A DNA stretch of 23,324 nt from Myxococcota bacterium. Lineage in GTDB: Bacteria; Myxococcota_A; UBA796; GCA-2862545. Position 1 is the first letter of the stretch. Each line of letters starts with the position of its first letter. The stretch is taken from the NCBI GenBank assembly GCA_039208735.1, contig JBCCQY010000149.1, forward strand, positions 1-23,324. The letters are read 5' to 3'. Below are positions 1 to 7,846 of the stretch, one piece after another. The notes beneath the pieces are model-generated. The model did no database searches, was not told the origin of the DNA, and saw only the letters and a program-made list of their open reading frames with translations. The position numbers were made by a program, and so were the translations under genes.

Positions 1-115
1 ATGTCATCGGCAATGACGCCAATCGAGCCGCCGTAGCGAATGACTTCTGTTAGGGCAGAGGTATTTAGAATCTCTTTAAAGCAGCAGGCTTCAGTCTCGT
101 TCACGGGCGGTAGCT
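1..115 (-). pseudogene. Internal fragment of a RecD2/Dda-like SF1 helicase, foreign to the downstream DNA
   Basis: The minus strand reads open as LPPVNETEACCFKEILNTSALTEVIRYGGSIGVIADD. LPPV resembles SF1 helicase motif III (GDxxQLPPV) and LTEVIR resembles motif IV. Bases 1-100 are 49% GC by hand count, well below the following genes. Not in the ORF track. Confidence 0.6.
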
Positions 116-1875
116 CCTCAATCCGCTACACCGGTTGGTTCGGCTTTCGCCGGGCCTCGGCCACCGCGCGCATGCTCCTCGCGGAAGCCGGGGCGGCCGC
201 CCTAGGTGTTCCCGTTTCCGAGGTCATCACCCGCGACAGCCACGTGATCCACGAGGCGAGCGGTAAGAAGGTGGCCTACGGTGACATCGCCGCCGACGCG
301 GCTGCGCTCCCGTTGCCCGAAGAGCCCGTCTACAAGTCCCGCTCCGAGTACAAGTTCATCGGCACCGCGCACCATCGCGTGGACCTGCCGGAGAAGATCT
401 TCGGCGAGCCCATCTACGGCATCGACACTGACGTTCCGGGCATGCGATACGCGGCCGTCGCTCCACCGACCATCGCAGGTGGCACGGTCACGGGCCTCGC
501 CAACCGCGCCGAGATCGAAGCGATGCGTGGCGTCGAGGCGGTTGTCGTGCTCGACAACTGCGTAGCCGTCGTGGCCGACAAGGTCTGGCGTGCCCAGTGG
601 GCCGCCGACAAGGTTCAGGTCCAGTGCGATCCCCCCGACCAGGGGCCGCTGAACGACGGCGTGCTGCCCGGCAATCGCTTCGCCGACCTCGAGAAGGGTG
701 GCCTGTCCACCATCATCTCGGAGGGTGAGGTCGACGGTCCGCTCACCGGTGACGACGTGATCGAGGCTCGGTACACCCTGCCGTTCCTCGCGCACGTACC
801 CATGGAGCCACTGAACTGCACGGTCTGGAACGAAGACGACAAGGTCCACGTCGCGAGCGGTGTGCAGGGGCCCATCAATGCGCGCATCGCGGTCGCCGAC
901 ATCTATGGCGTCAGCATCGACGACGTCGAACTGCACGCCTGCTCCCTCGGCGGAGGGTTCGGCCGTCGCAACTCGCTCATCTACGAGGCGCTGAACTACG
1001 TCACGACGACCTGTGAGCTCCAGAAGGTCGTGGGTGGCGCGATCAAGATGACGTTCTCGCGCGAAGCCGAGATGAAGATGTCGACGTACCGCCCAGCCGA
1101 CGCCGCCATCATGCAGGCCCGGCTCGGCCCCGACGGCAAGCCCACGGCCTGGTACGGGCGTTCGTTCATCAGCATCCCGCTGGCCTCGGAAGCCAAGCCG
1201 GTCTACGACCTGCCGAACTTCGCCATGCTCACCGCCGCGGAGCCCCCGGTCCTCGCCTATGGAGTTTGGCGCAGCGTCGAAGCCACGCAGACCATCCACT
1301 TCATCGAGTGCTTCGTCGACGAGCTGGCCATCGCCGCGGGCGCCGACCCGATCGCGTACCGGCGGTCGCTGCTCTCCGACCCACGCGCCATCGCGGTTCT
1401 TGATCGGGTCGCAGAAATCTCGGGTTGGACCGACCGTCCCAGGACGAAGAACCGGGGCTACGGCGTGGCCATGAGCGGCTCGTTCGGCAGCTGGGCGGCG
1501 ACCGTCCTCGACGTCGAGCGGGTCGACGGCGTTCCCAAGGTTCACACCGCATGGACCGTCATCGACTGCGGCACCGCGGTGAACCCTGGCAGCGTCGAGA
1601 CACAGATGCAGGGCGGCATCCATTGGGGGCTGTCCGCTGGGCTGTACGGCAAGATCGACTTCGACGAGCAAGGCGCCATCCGGCAGACCAACTTCCACAA
1701 CTACCGGGTGGTGACCTTCAGCGACGCCCCCCGCATCGTGGTCGACATCATCGACTCGCCCGATGCCCCCGTGGGTGGTGTCGGTGAGGTGAGCACCCCG
1801 ACGGCCGGCCCTGCGCTGCTCAACGCGCTCGCCCAGATGGGTGAGCGTCCCCGCGACCTCCCGCTGGTGGGCTGA
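100..1875 (+). CDS. Xanthine dehydrogenase family molybdopterin-binding subunit (isoquinoline 1-oxidoreductase beta/IorB-like), 5'-truncated
   Basis: Motifs TGGSSSIR, HVPMEPLNC, GGGFGRR, WRSV, DCGTAVNP, QMQGG and GGVGE (catalytic Glu). Homology starts at about FTGGS (pos 100). There is an in-frame TAG at 34-36, and the ATG at 40 lies in unrelated sequence, so the normal N-terminus is missing. Confidence 0.9.
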   Translation, partial: FTGGSSSIRYTGWFGFRRASATARMLLAEAGAAALGVPVSEVITRDSHVIHEASGKKVAYGDIAADAAALPLPEEPVYKSRSEYKFIGTAHHRVDLPEKIFGEPIYGIDTDVPGMRYAAVAPPTIAGGTVTGLANRAEIEAMRGVEAVVVLDNCVAVVADKVWRAQWAADKVQVQCDPPDQGPLNDGVLPGNRFADLEKGGLSTIISEGEVDGPLTGDDVIEARYTLPFLAHVPMEPLNCTVWNEDDKVHVASGVQGPINARIAVADIYGVSIDDVELHACSLGGGFGRRNSLIYEALNYVTTTCELQKVVGGAIKMTFSREAEMKMSTYRPADAAIMQARLGPDGKPTAWYGRSFISIPLASEAKPVYDLPNFAMLTAAEPPVLAYGVWRSVEATQTIHFIECFVDELAIAAGADPIAYRRSLLSDPRAIAVLDRVAEISGWTDRPRTKNRGYGVAMSGSFGSWAATVLDVERVDGVPKVHTAWTVIDCGTAVNPGSVETQMQGGIHWGLSAGLYGKIDFDEQGAIRQTNFHNYRVVTFSDAPRIVVDIIDSPDAPVGGVGEVSTPTAGPALLNALAQMGERPRDLPLVG

Positions 1876-1882
1876 GGACGAC

Positions 1883-3046
1883 ATGACTCGCTTCCTGTTC
1901 GCGGCCCTTGCCGCCTGTGGTTCAGAGCCGGAGCCTGTCGCCCCTGTGGCGGCGGAAGCCCCGGAGGTCGAGGAGAAGGCCTACGAGCCCTACGTGGCCG
2001 GTCCGGCCGAGGTTCAGTACGGCGTCTGTGTGCAGTGCCACGGCCTGCATGGCGAGGGGCGTCCCGAACTCGGCGCCCCCCGCATCGGTCAGCTCGATGC
2101 GGAGTACGTGACCGCCCAGCTGCGATCGTTCCGCGCCGGAACGCGCGGCTACGACCCTGAGGACGAGAGCGGCCAGGCCATGCGCGCCGTCGCAGCCGGT
2201 CTACCCGACGAAGCGATCGAGCTTCTGGGACCGTTCGTCGAGGACCTCGACCCGGCGCCGCAAGCCCCCACGGCCAAGGTCTCGGGCGGTGCCGCAGCCT
2301 ACGGCGTCTGCTCCTCTTGCCACGGCCCCGACGGCCTAGGCAACGAGGCGCTACAAGCACCGGCTCTCGCCCAGCAGCATCCGGCCTACCTCACGCGGCA
2401 GCTCCGCCACTACCGCGATGGCGGGCGGGGGGGCCCCCAGGGGGCTCCCCTCGGCATGACGATGGCCGCACAGGCCACCGGGCTTTCCGACGACCGTATC
2501 GAACGACTCGTGGCCCACATCGGCTCGCTGCGCGAGGAGCCGCCACCCCTCGAGAACCCGCCCGTGACGCGGTCGCGCGACGAAGGACTCGCCGCCTTCG
2601 CCGACATCTACGCGGTCGCCACGCATCCCCGGTGCATGAACTGCCACCCCGACGGCGATGCACCGATGCAGGGCGACGACAGCCATGCGCACATCTACGG
2701 CATCACCCGGTTCAGCCCCCTCGAGGGCACGCACTGCAGCACCTGCCACGCCCCCAAGGCGGTGGGCGACGGTCAGGTGCCGCTCCCGCCCGCCGATGCG
2801 GTGTGGAGCATGCCTCCCCAGGCCATGGCCTTCCAGAACCGGACGCAGGGCGAGCTATGCAACCAGCTCAAGAACCCGGCGACCAACGGCGGTCGCGGCC
2901 TCGGTGACCTCGCGGAGCACATCGAACACGACCACCTGCTGGTCACGAGCTGGCATTCCGGCCGTGAGACGCCGCCCATCACGCACGCCGAGCTGGTTGA
3001 GCGCTACGAGATCTGGGCTGAGGCGGGCGGGCCGTGTCCGGAGTGA
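1883..3046 (+). CDS. Four-haem c-type cytochrome lipoprotein (c4-like dihaem domain plus an IorAB-associated dihaem domain)
   Basis: GAGGA RBS then ATG 1883; lipobox LAA-C. CxxCH motifs: CVQCH 2027-2041, CSSCH 2309-2323, CMNCH 2633-2647, CSTCH 2735-2749. The first two haems have c4-style 'P.L..Q...Y...QL..F/YR.G.R' segments and distal Met candidates. Confidence 0.88.
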   Translation: MTRFLFAALAACGSEPEPVAPVAAEAPEVEEKAYEPYVAGPAEVQYGVCVQCHGLHGEGRPELGAPRIGQLDAEYVTAQLRSFRAGTRGYDPEDESGQAMRAVAAGLPDEAIELLGPFVEDLDPAPQAPTAKVSGGAAAYGVCSSCHGPDGLGNEALQAPALAQQHPAYLTRQLRHYRDGGRGGPQGAPLGMTMAAQATGLSDDRIERLVAHIGSLREEPPPLENPPVTRSRDEGLAAFADIYAVATHPRCMNCHPDGDAPMQGDDSHAHIYGITRFSPLEGTHCSTCHAPKAVGDGQVPLPPADAVWSMPPQAMAFQNRTQGELCNQLKNPATNGGRGLGDLAEHIEHDHLLVTSWHSGRETPPITHAELVERYEIWAEAGGPCPE

Positions 3047-3855
3047 TGGGCCTTCTCCTGGCCGTGGTAAATGCTTCGTTCGCCCAGGTCAACGGCGAAC
3101 CGCTTGCGGCTGCCGCGGCCCAGGAGGGCATTGGCTTTCAGTTCACCACGGCGGGCAGTTGGTCGCAGGGCAACGTCGACTTCCTCCAGCTGAGCGGAAA
3201 CCTCGCCGTCCAGTACCGGCGCAACTTTCGGAACCGGGAGGACGCCGAGGGCGAGATGCGAGACCGAGCCATCCTCTCGGCGCGAGGACTCCTGCTGCAG
3301 CTGAACGGCGCGCCGTTTGCGGACCAGCGGCTCGTCCACCTTCGGTACACGCGGATGGCGAACCCACGGTTAGGCGTGGATGTCGTGGCCCAGTACGAGA
3401 ACAACCTGCTGCTCCTTCTCGAAGGGCGGTACACGGTCGGCGCAGCCCTCGGCTGGCAAGCGGTGGACAACGAAACCTGGGGGCTCCATTTTGGCCTGGG
3501 CCCCTTGCTCGAGCACGAGGTCCGCAACGTGGATCCCGAGGGACCCGACCCGCGCCTCATGACGAACCCCAGACTCGTCTTCGCGAATCGGCTGAATGTT
3601 GTGCTCGTGCCGAACGAGCTGACCCTTTCGAACACGCTGTACGTGGAGCCGCGTGTCGACGATCCAGGCGACATCCTGATCGTTGACTATTTCGCGCTCA
3701 ACGCGCCGATCTCCAAGGCGTTGACCATGAACGGGAACCTGACCGTTCGCCACGACTCCCGCCCTCCCGTGCCCGTCCAGAACACCGACGTCACGGTGGG
3801 CTGGGGCTTCACGCTGCGGCTCGCGGCACGCCCCGACCCGCACGAGCCTCACTGA
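3046..3855 (+). CDS. DUF481-like putative outer-membrane beta-barrel protein
   Basis: The ATG overlaps the upstream TGA (TGATG). N-terminal signal peptide, 'WSQGNVD' segment, alternating amphipathic strands, and C-terminal 'HDSRPPVPVQNTDVTVGWGFTL' typical of DUF481. Confidence 0.75.
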   Translation: MGLLLAVVNASFAQVNGEPLAAAAAQEGIGFQFTTAGSWSQGNVDFLQLSGNLAVQYRRNFRNREDAEGEMRDRAILSARGLLLQLNGAPFADQRLVHLRYTRMANPRLGVDVVAQYENNLLLLLEGRYTVGAALGWQAVDNETWGLHFGLGPLLEHEVRNVDPEGPDPRLMTNPRLVFANRLNVVLVPNELTLSNTLYVEPRVDDPGDILIVDYFALNAPISKALTMNGNLTVRHDSRPPVPVQNTDVTVGWGFTLRLAARPDPHEPH

Positions 3856-4856
3856 CCGTCGGGCTGGAGTTCGTGACGTAGTGCCTCCGGTGTCATTCCG
3901 GTCCAGCGTTGAAAGGCGCGAAAGAAGGATGCCGGCTCCTCGAACCCGAGGAGGTAGGCGATTTCGCTCGCAGAGAGCCGCGTCTTGCCGAGGTAGTGCC
4001 GAGCCAAGCTCTCGCGCACGTCTCGTACGACAGCCTTGAAGCTCGTGCCCTCGTTGTGGAGCCGGCGCTGGAGGGTCCGCGTACTCAGCGCCAGCCGACG
4101 TGCGACATTGTCGATGGACACACGACCGCTCGGCAGGGCCTCGAGAAGGACCGCGCGGGTGCGTGCCTCGAAGGAGGCCGAGCCCTCGAGCTCGTCCAAA
4201 CGCTTGCGTAGCTGGGGTTCGAAGATGTCCCACATCGAGCTGTTGTCAGTGAGAAAGGGGCGCTCCGCATCTTCGGGGTGGAACAGGACGGCGGGGCGCT
4301 CGCCGGGGCGGATGCGACAGCCGAGGAAGTCTTCGTAGGCGGCCCGCGCTCGCGGGGGCTCGGGCATGGTCACCACGGCGGGCCGGACTTCGTGCCGCGT
4401 CCCCATCCGTGCCAACCTCACCAAACCGAGGGCTTCGGAACCCACGAGGAACCAAGGCGTCCCCATCGCTCGCTCGAACCAATCGTAGGTCACCCGCAGC
4501 CCGACCGCCCCCCTCTCGACCCCCAGCTGGACTGGGGCCACGAGTGGTTTGAACCGAGCCAAGCGGTTGGCTGCGACGGTGAGATTCGGACTGCACAAGG
4601 CCGCGAAGACGGGGGGAGAAAACCACTCGGCTCCAAGGCTTTCGGCGAGGCGAATGGGAAACAATGGATCGTCGACGGATTCCTGAATCCCCCTGGCAAA
4701 CGCGAAGAACTGCTCGGTCGAAACCCGAACGTTGGGTCGATGGAGAAGGTCTTCTGGGAGTCCGGCCCGCCGCAGGACGTCCTGGTACCGAACCCCGACG
4801 GAGGCGAGCAACCCCTTGAGGCTCGGATCGAGGGCATAGCCGTAGTTCGCGGCCAT
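3849..4856 (-). CDS. AraC family transcriptional regulator (OruR/VirS-like N-terminal domain)
   Basis: C-terminal double HTH 'SIDNVARRLALSTRTLQRRL...EIAYLLGFEEPASFFRAFQRWTGMTP'; GGGAGG RBS upstream of the ATG. Confidence 0.95.
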   Translation of the reverse strand: MAANYGYALDPSLKGLLASVGVRYQDVLRRAGLPEDLLHRPNVRVSTEQFFAFARGIQESVDDPLFPIRLAESLGAEWFSPPVFAALCSPNLTVAANRLARFKPLVAPVQLGVERGAVGLRVTYDWFERAMGTPWFLVGSEALGLVRLARMGTRHEVRPAVVTMPEPPRARAAYEDFLGCRIRPGERPAVLFHPEDAERPFLTDNSSMWDIFEPQLRKRLDELEGSASFEARTRAVLLEALPSGRVSIDNVARRLALSTRTLQRRLHNEGTSFKAVVRDVRESLARHYLGKTRLSASEIAYLLGFEEPASFFRAFQRWTGMTPEALRHELQPDGQ

Positions 4857-4947
4857 GACCGCCTCCCTGTCGGACTCCTACTGTAGGAATGCCCCAGCGA
4901 ATGGGCATTGGCCAATCCCGCCAGCGCGATGTCGAAACGCGCCGCAG

Positions 4948-4978
4948 GTTGGCACGTATTCGCTCATCGTTGGCACGT
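4948..4978. promoter_or_regulatory. Tandem direct repeat GTTGGCACGT x2, a probable AraC-family operator
   Basis: Exact 10-mers at 4948-4957 and 4969-4978 (21-bp period), about 90 bp upstream of the AraC gene. A 21-bp tandem spacing is characteristic of AraC/XylS sites. Confidence 0.65.
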
Positions 4979-5014
4979 TGGGGGCCATTTCGCGTTGAGC
5001 AGGTCCACTGCACG

Positions 5015-5412
5015 TCAGGGCACGATCCGCGAGACGACTTCAACGAGCCCCTCGCCCTCGACCTTGACCACGTCTCCAGCGGAGAGAAAGTCAGCGTGAC
5101 GTCCCTGCACGATGGAGAGTCGGCTGAAGCGGTCGAGGCCCACAAGGTTCGCCAGCTCGACTTTCCATGGGGGGGGATGGCGAGCGCCACGCCGCTGGGC
5201 GTGCCCGTGAGCAGCCACGTGCCCGCACCCATGGGCTCCCCCTGCACCTGTGACACGACCTGCAGCATGGCGGTCATCGTCAACACGAGATCGGTCGTCG
5301 AGGCTTCTTGCCTTAGCTCCCCGTTGACCGTGGTCCGCAGCGTCACACAGAGGATGCCATCGGCGATGGGCTCGTGCGGCACCCACATCTGGGACGTGGT
5401 GGGAAGGAACCC
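5015..5412 (-). pseudogene. Fumarylacetoacetate hydrolase family protein, C-terminal half only, frameshifted
   Basis: One frame gives GFLPTTSQMWVP...LRTTVNGELRQEASTTDL...WLLTGTPSGVA. After the G8 run (5169-5176) another frame continues WKVELA...FLSAGDVVKVEGEGL to the stop at 5015. No N-terminal half or start is visible. Confidence 0.8.
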
Positions 5413-5414
5413 CG

Positions 5415-5642
5415 ATCTTGGCGTGGATTGCTCAGCAAGAGCGTGCCCGACAACGCGAGCGGACGCTGGCAGGCCTCGAGCGGGCCAAGGCGTCCGGAAC
5501 CGTATTGGGCAGGCCGAGGCTCGAACTTGACGCGGACGCGGCCCGAGCCCTCATCGGCCAGGGCTACACCCAACAACGGGTCGCAGACCTCCTTGGGGTC
5601 TCTCGCTCCACGCTTCAGCGGCGCCCGAGAGCCAGCAACTGA
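5415..5642 (+). pseudogene. Serine recombinase (resolvase/invertase) C-terminal fragment with HTH
   Basis: ILAWIAQQERARQRERTLAGLERAKASGTVLGRP matches resolvase helix E and the GRP motif; 'TQQRVADLLGVSRSTLQR' is the HTH. The catalytic N-terminal domain is absent. Confidence 0.85.
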
Positions 5643-5676
5643 ACCGCTAAGCCCCAGCGCTCACCCGCGCTGGTAC

Positions 5677-5695
5677 CCAAATGTATTACACTTGG
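5677..5695. promoter_or_regulatory. Palindromic operator in the parDE promoter
   Basis: CCAAATGTA-T-TACACTTGG: 9-bp arms with one mismatch, AT-rich, just before the GGAGG RBS of the RHH antitoxin. Confidence 0.55.
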
Positions 5696-5709
5696 AACGG
5701 AGGTCGACG

Positions 5710-5955
5710 ATGAGGAACACCAGCATCACGCTGGGCGAGCACTTCGAAGGCTACGTGAAGTCCCTTGTGGAGTCCGGTACCTTTCGCTCGGTGAGCGAGG
5801 TCGTCCGGGACGCGCTTCGGCTACACGAGGGGCACCGTGAGCGGAACGAAGCCCTTCGAGCGGCGATCCACGAAGGTCTGGAAGGACCCTTCCGAAAGAG
5901 GACTGCGGACGACTTCAAACGGGCGGGGCGACGCCTCGCTCGTGAAGATGATTGA
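5710..5955 (+). CDS. parD: Type II TA antitoxin, ParD (CC2985-like ribbon-helix-helix)
   Basis: MRNTSITLGEHFEGYVKSLVESGTFRSVSEVVRDALRL...EALRAAIHEGL; GGAGG RBS; overlaps the toxin gene. Confidence 0.92.
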   Translation: MRNTSITLGEHFEGYVKSLVESGTFRSVSEVVRDALRLHEGHRERNEALRAAIHEGLEGPFRKRTADDFKRAGRRLAREDD

Positions 5956-6238
5956 GGCCAGATACTCCGCCGCAGCGGAAGGCGATGTTGCGCGGGCCTG
6001 GCTTGCCTGTCGCAACCGGTGGGTCGAAGAACAGGCTGATCGATACATCGACATGCTTCACGCCGCGGTCGAGCAACTCTGCCTCTTCCCCGAGAGTGGC
6101 AACGACCGTACGGAACTCGTTCCTGGGCTTTGTTCCAGGGTCATGAAGACGCACGTTATCTTCTACCGCCTCGTCAGCGAAACCCTGCAAGTGGTTCGTG
6201 TGCTGCATGTACACCAGGATCCCACCGAACACGTCTGA
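5948..6238 (+). CDS. parE: Type II TA toxin, RelE/ParE family
   Basis: YSAAAEGDV...W.EEQADRYI..L...FPESG...HVIFYR...LQVVRVLHVHQD. Start is ATG 5948 or GTG 5942, overlapping parD. Confidence 0.9.
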   Translation: MIEARYSAAAEGDVARAWLACRNRWVEEQADRYIDMLHAAVEQLCLFPESGNDRTELVPGLCSRVMKTHVIFYRLVSETLQVVRVLHVHQDPTEHV

Positions 6239-6377
6239 ACACGCTGTCGAGGAGGCGGGGCGGCTCGCCCTGCGTCAACTCGACACCCGGCCAGACGACC
6301 ACGAGCGCCTCCCCGGTCTGTGCCTTCGTGGCATCAGGATCGCCGGAGCGCCCGCGGCGTTCGCCCGGGTCCTCGTC

Positions 6378-7709
6378 GTGGCGGGCCTGTTCTGGTCTTC
6401 GTGGTTCGTGGGATCCGGGTGTGCCAAGACGCTAAAGACGGCACGGGTCGATCGCGCCGGGCCGTGCCTCGTCGAGCCCTGTGAGGGGTGTCGCTTCGTG
6501 GACCTCGCTCGGGAGGGGCGACCACTGGCATCGCCCACGTGGAGGCCCGGTCGTCTCCGCGCGATCCGGGGGGACTTCGATGGAGATGGGCGCGACGACC
6601 TCGTCGTCGCAGGCCCGAGCCGAGCGTCCGTGTTCTACGGACCCCTCGACGCGGGCGGGCCCGAGCCCGACGCGACGCTCGTGATCGCGGGTGGAATCGA
6701 GGTGGCGCGAGCCGGTGATGTCGACGGGGACGGAGCCGACGAGCTTCTCGTGGGGGTTCCCCGGGAGACCCCGAGTGAGGACCTCTACCGGGCCGGGGCG
6801 GTTTACGTGTTCGACGGACCGCTCCGCGGCGACCTCGCCCTGGACCAGGCCGATGCGCGCATCACGCCCACGCGGTGGAATGGCGCCCTCGGCGCCTCGC
6901 TCGCCGGGGGGACCGATCTGAACGGAGATGGCCTCGACGACATCGTGGTCGCGGCCCCCGGAGACCCGATGCTCGCCACGTTCCCGGGCGCGCTGCACGT
7001 GCTCTTGGCTCCGTTCGAGGGAGAACGTTCGGTCGAAACCGCGGTGTGGACGTTCCCGGGGCAAGACGGAGACCGAGCCGGAGAGTGGATCCAGGCGGTC
7101 GGAGACATCGATGGCGATGGCCACGCCGACATCCTGGCGTCCACCCGGACGGAAGGGAACCTGCTGTTTCTCGGTCCCTTCACCGGTGACGGGCCCATCC
7201 GGCAAGCCGCGCACGCCCATCGGGGCGTCGGCGATCTCGATGGTAACGGCGTCGCGGACCTCTTCGAAGCGAGTTCGCGGGGGTTGGCGATGCCCGCGCA
7301 GGTGAGGCTCGGGGGCCTCCCCACGGGCGCGCCTGCGACGGTGGACGTCGTCCCCGTGTGGGCGCGCAAGGACGTCACGGGCAGTGCGGTCGCGCCGGCG
7401 ACCGACGTGGATGGCGACGGACACGCCGATCTGATGATGGTCGACGGACGCGTCGCGTACGTGGTCCGGGGCCCGATCCAATCCGGCCGCGTCGAGCTCG
7501 GAACCGCCGCAGTCGTGCTGTCCGCCGGTTTCGAAGAGCCGGGGGCAGTGCTCGACGATCTGGTGGTGGGGGACTTCGACGGCGATGGTCGCCACGATCT
7601 CGTGTTGAGCCTGCCCCAGCTGGAGGACGTGCGGCGTCGCCTGATCCTGGTGTCCGACGTCGCGAATGCGGGAAGTGCGGGGTCCCGATGCCGAGACGGT
7701 CTGCCGTGA
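6378..7709 (+). CDS. FG-GAP/VCBS (integrin-alpha-like beta-propeller) repeat protein, probable lipoprotein
   Basis: About seven GDxDGDGxxDL-type Ca-binding repeats plus 'AGAVYVF'; hydrophobic stretch ending GSG-C. The start is uncertain: the frame is open from 6198, and GTG 6378 was chosen. Confidence 0.85.
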   Translation: MAGLFWSSWFVGSGCAKTLKTARVDRAGPCLVEPCEGCRFVDLAREGRPLASPTWRPGRLRAIRGDFDGDGRDDLVVAGPSRASVFYGPLDAGGPEPDATLVIAGGIEVARAGDVDGDGADELLVGVPRETPSEDLYRAGAVYVFDGPLRGDLALDQADARITPTRWNGALGASLAGGTDLNGDGLDDIVVAAPGDPMLATFPGALHVLLAPFEGERSVETAVWTFPGQDGDRAGEWIQAVGDIDGDGHADILASTRTEGNLLFLGPFTGDGPIRQAAHAHRGVGDLDGNGVADLFEASSRGLAMPAQVRLGGLPTGAPATVDVVPVWARKDVTGSAVAPATDVDGDGHADLMMVDGRVAYVVRGPIQSGRVELGTAAVVLSAGFEEPGAVLDDLVVGDFDGDGRHDLVLSLPQLEDVRRRLILVSDVANAGSAGSRCRDGLP

Positions 7710-7846
7710 ACGAAACGAACGACGTGCATCGTTTCCCCGAGCCGCTCGAGTGCGGTTCGAGCTGCCGTCCCCGAAGGGGCGTTTCCGTGCGCCCGACACG
7801 TATCGGGCTTCGGCGACGCGGACGTCAGCGGGTCCGGCTTCGTGCC

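Noticed and set aside
202..1884. 560-aa antisense ORF, and similar long shadow ORFs (6432-8558, 8081-9178, 10531-12075, 19172-20179)
   Set aside because: They overlap well-supported genes and lack motifs; long stop-free shadow frames are expected in high-GC DNA.
4246..5388. 380-aa ORF as a single FAH fusion protein
   Set aside because: Only the first ~72 aa are FAH-like. The rest is out-of-frame read-through after the G8 shift and overlaps the AraC gene.
6240..6350. Possible minus-strand gene remnant (DPDATKAQTGEALVVVWPGVELTQGEPPRLLDSVF) between parE and the FG-GAP gene
   Set aside because: It looks coding-like but is short, with no start and no recognisable family; it cannot be supported without a search.
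6560..7610. Recurrent GACGGCGA/GATGGCGA DNA motifs as a repeat array or CRISPR
   Set aside because: They are explained by encoded DxDGDG protein repeats; spacing is irregular and there are no cas genes.
7710..7846. Short hairpins between convergent genes (GCCCGA-N6-TCGGGC, CCCC-GAA-GGGG) as a terminator or ncRNA
   Set aside because: The stems are short, with no U-tract and no recognisable RNA family.
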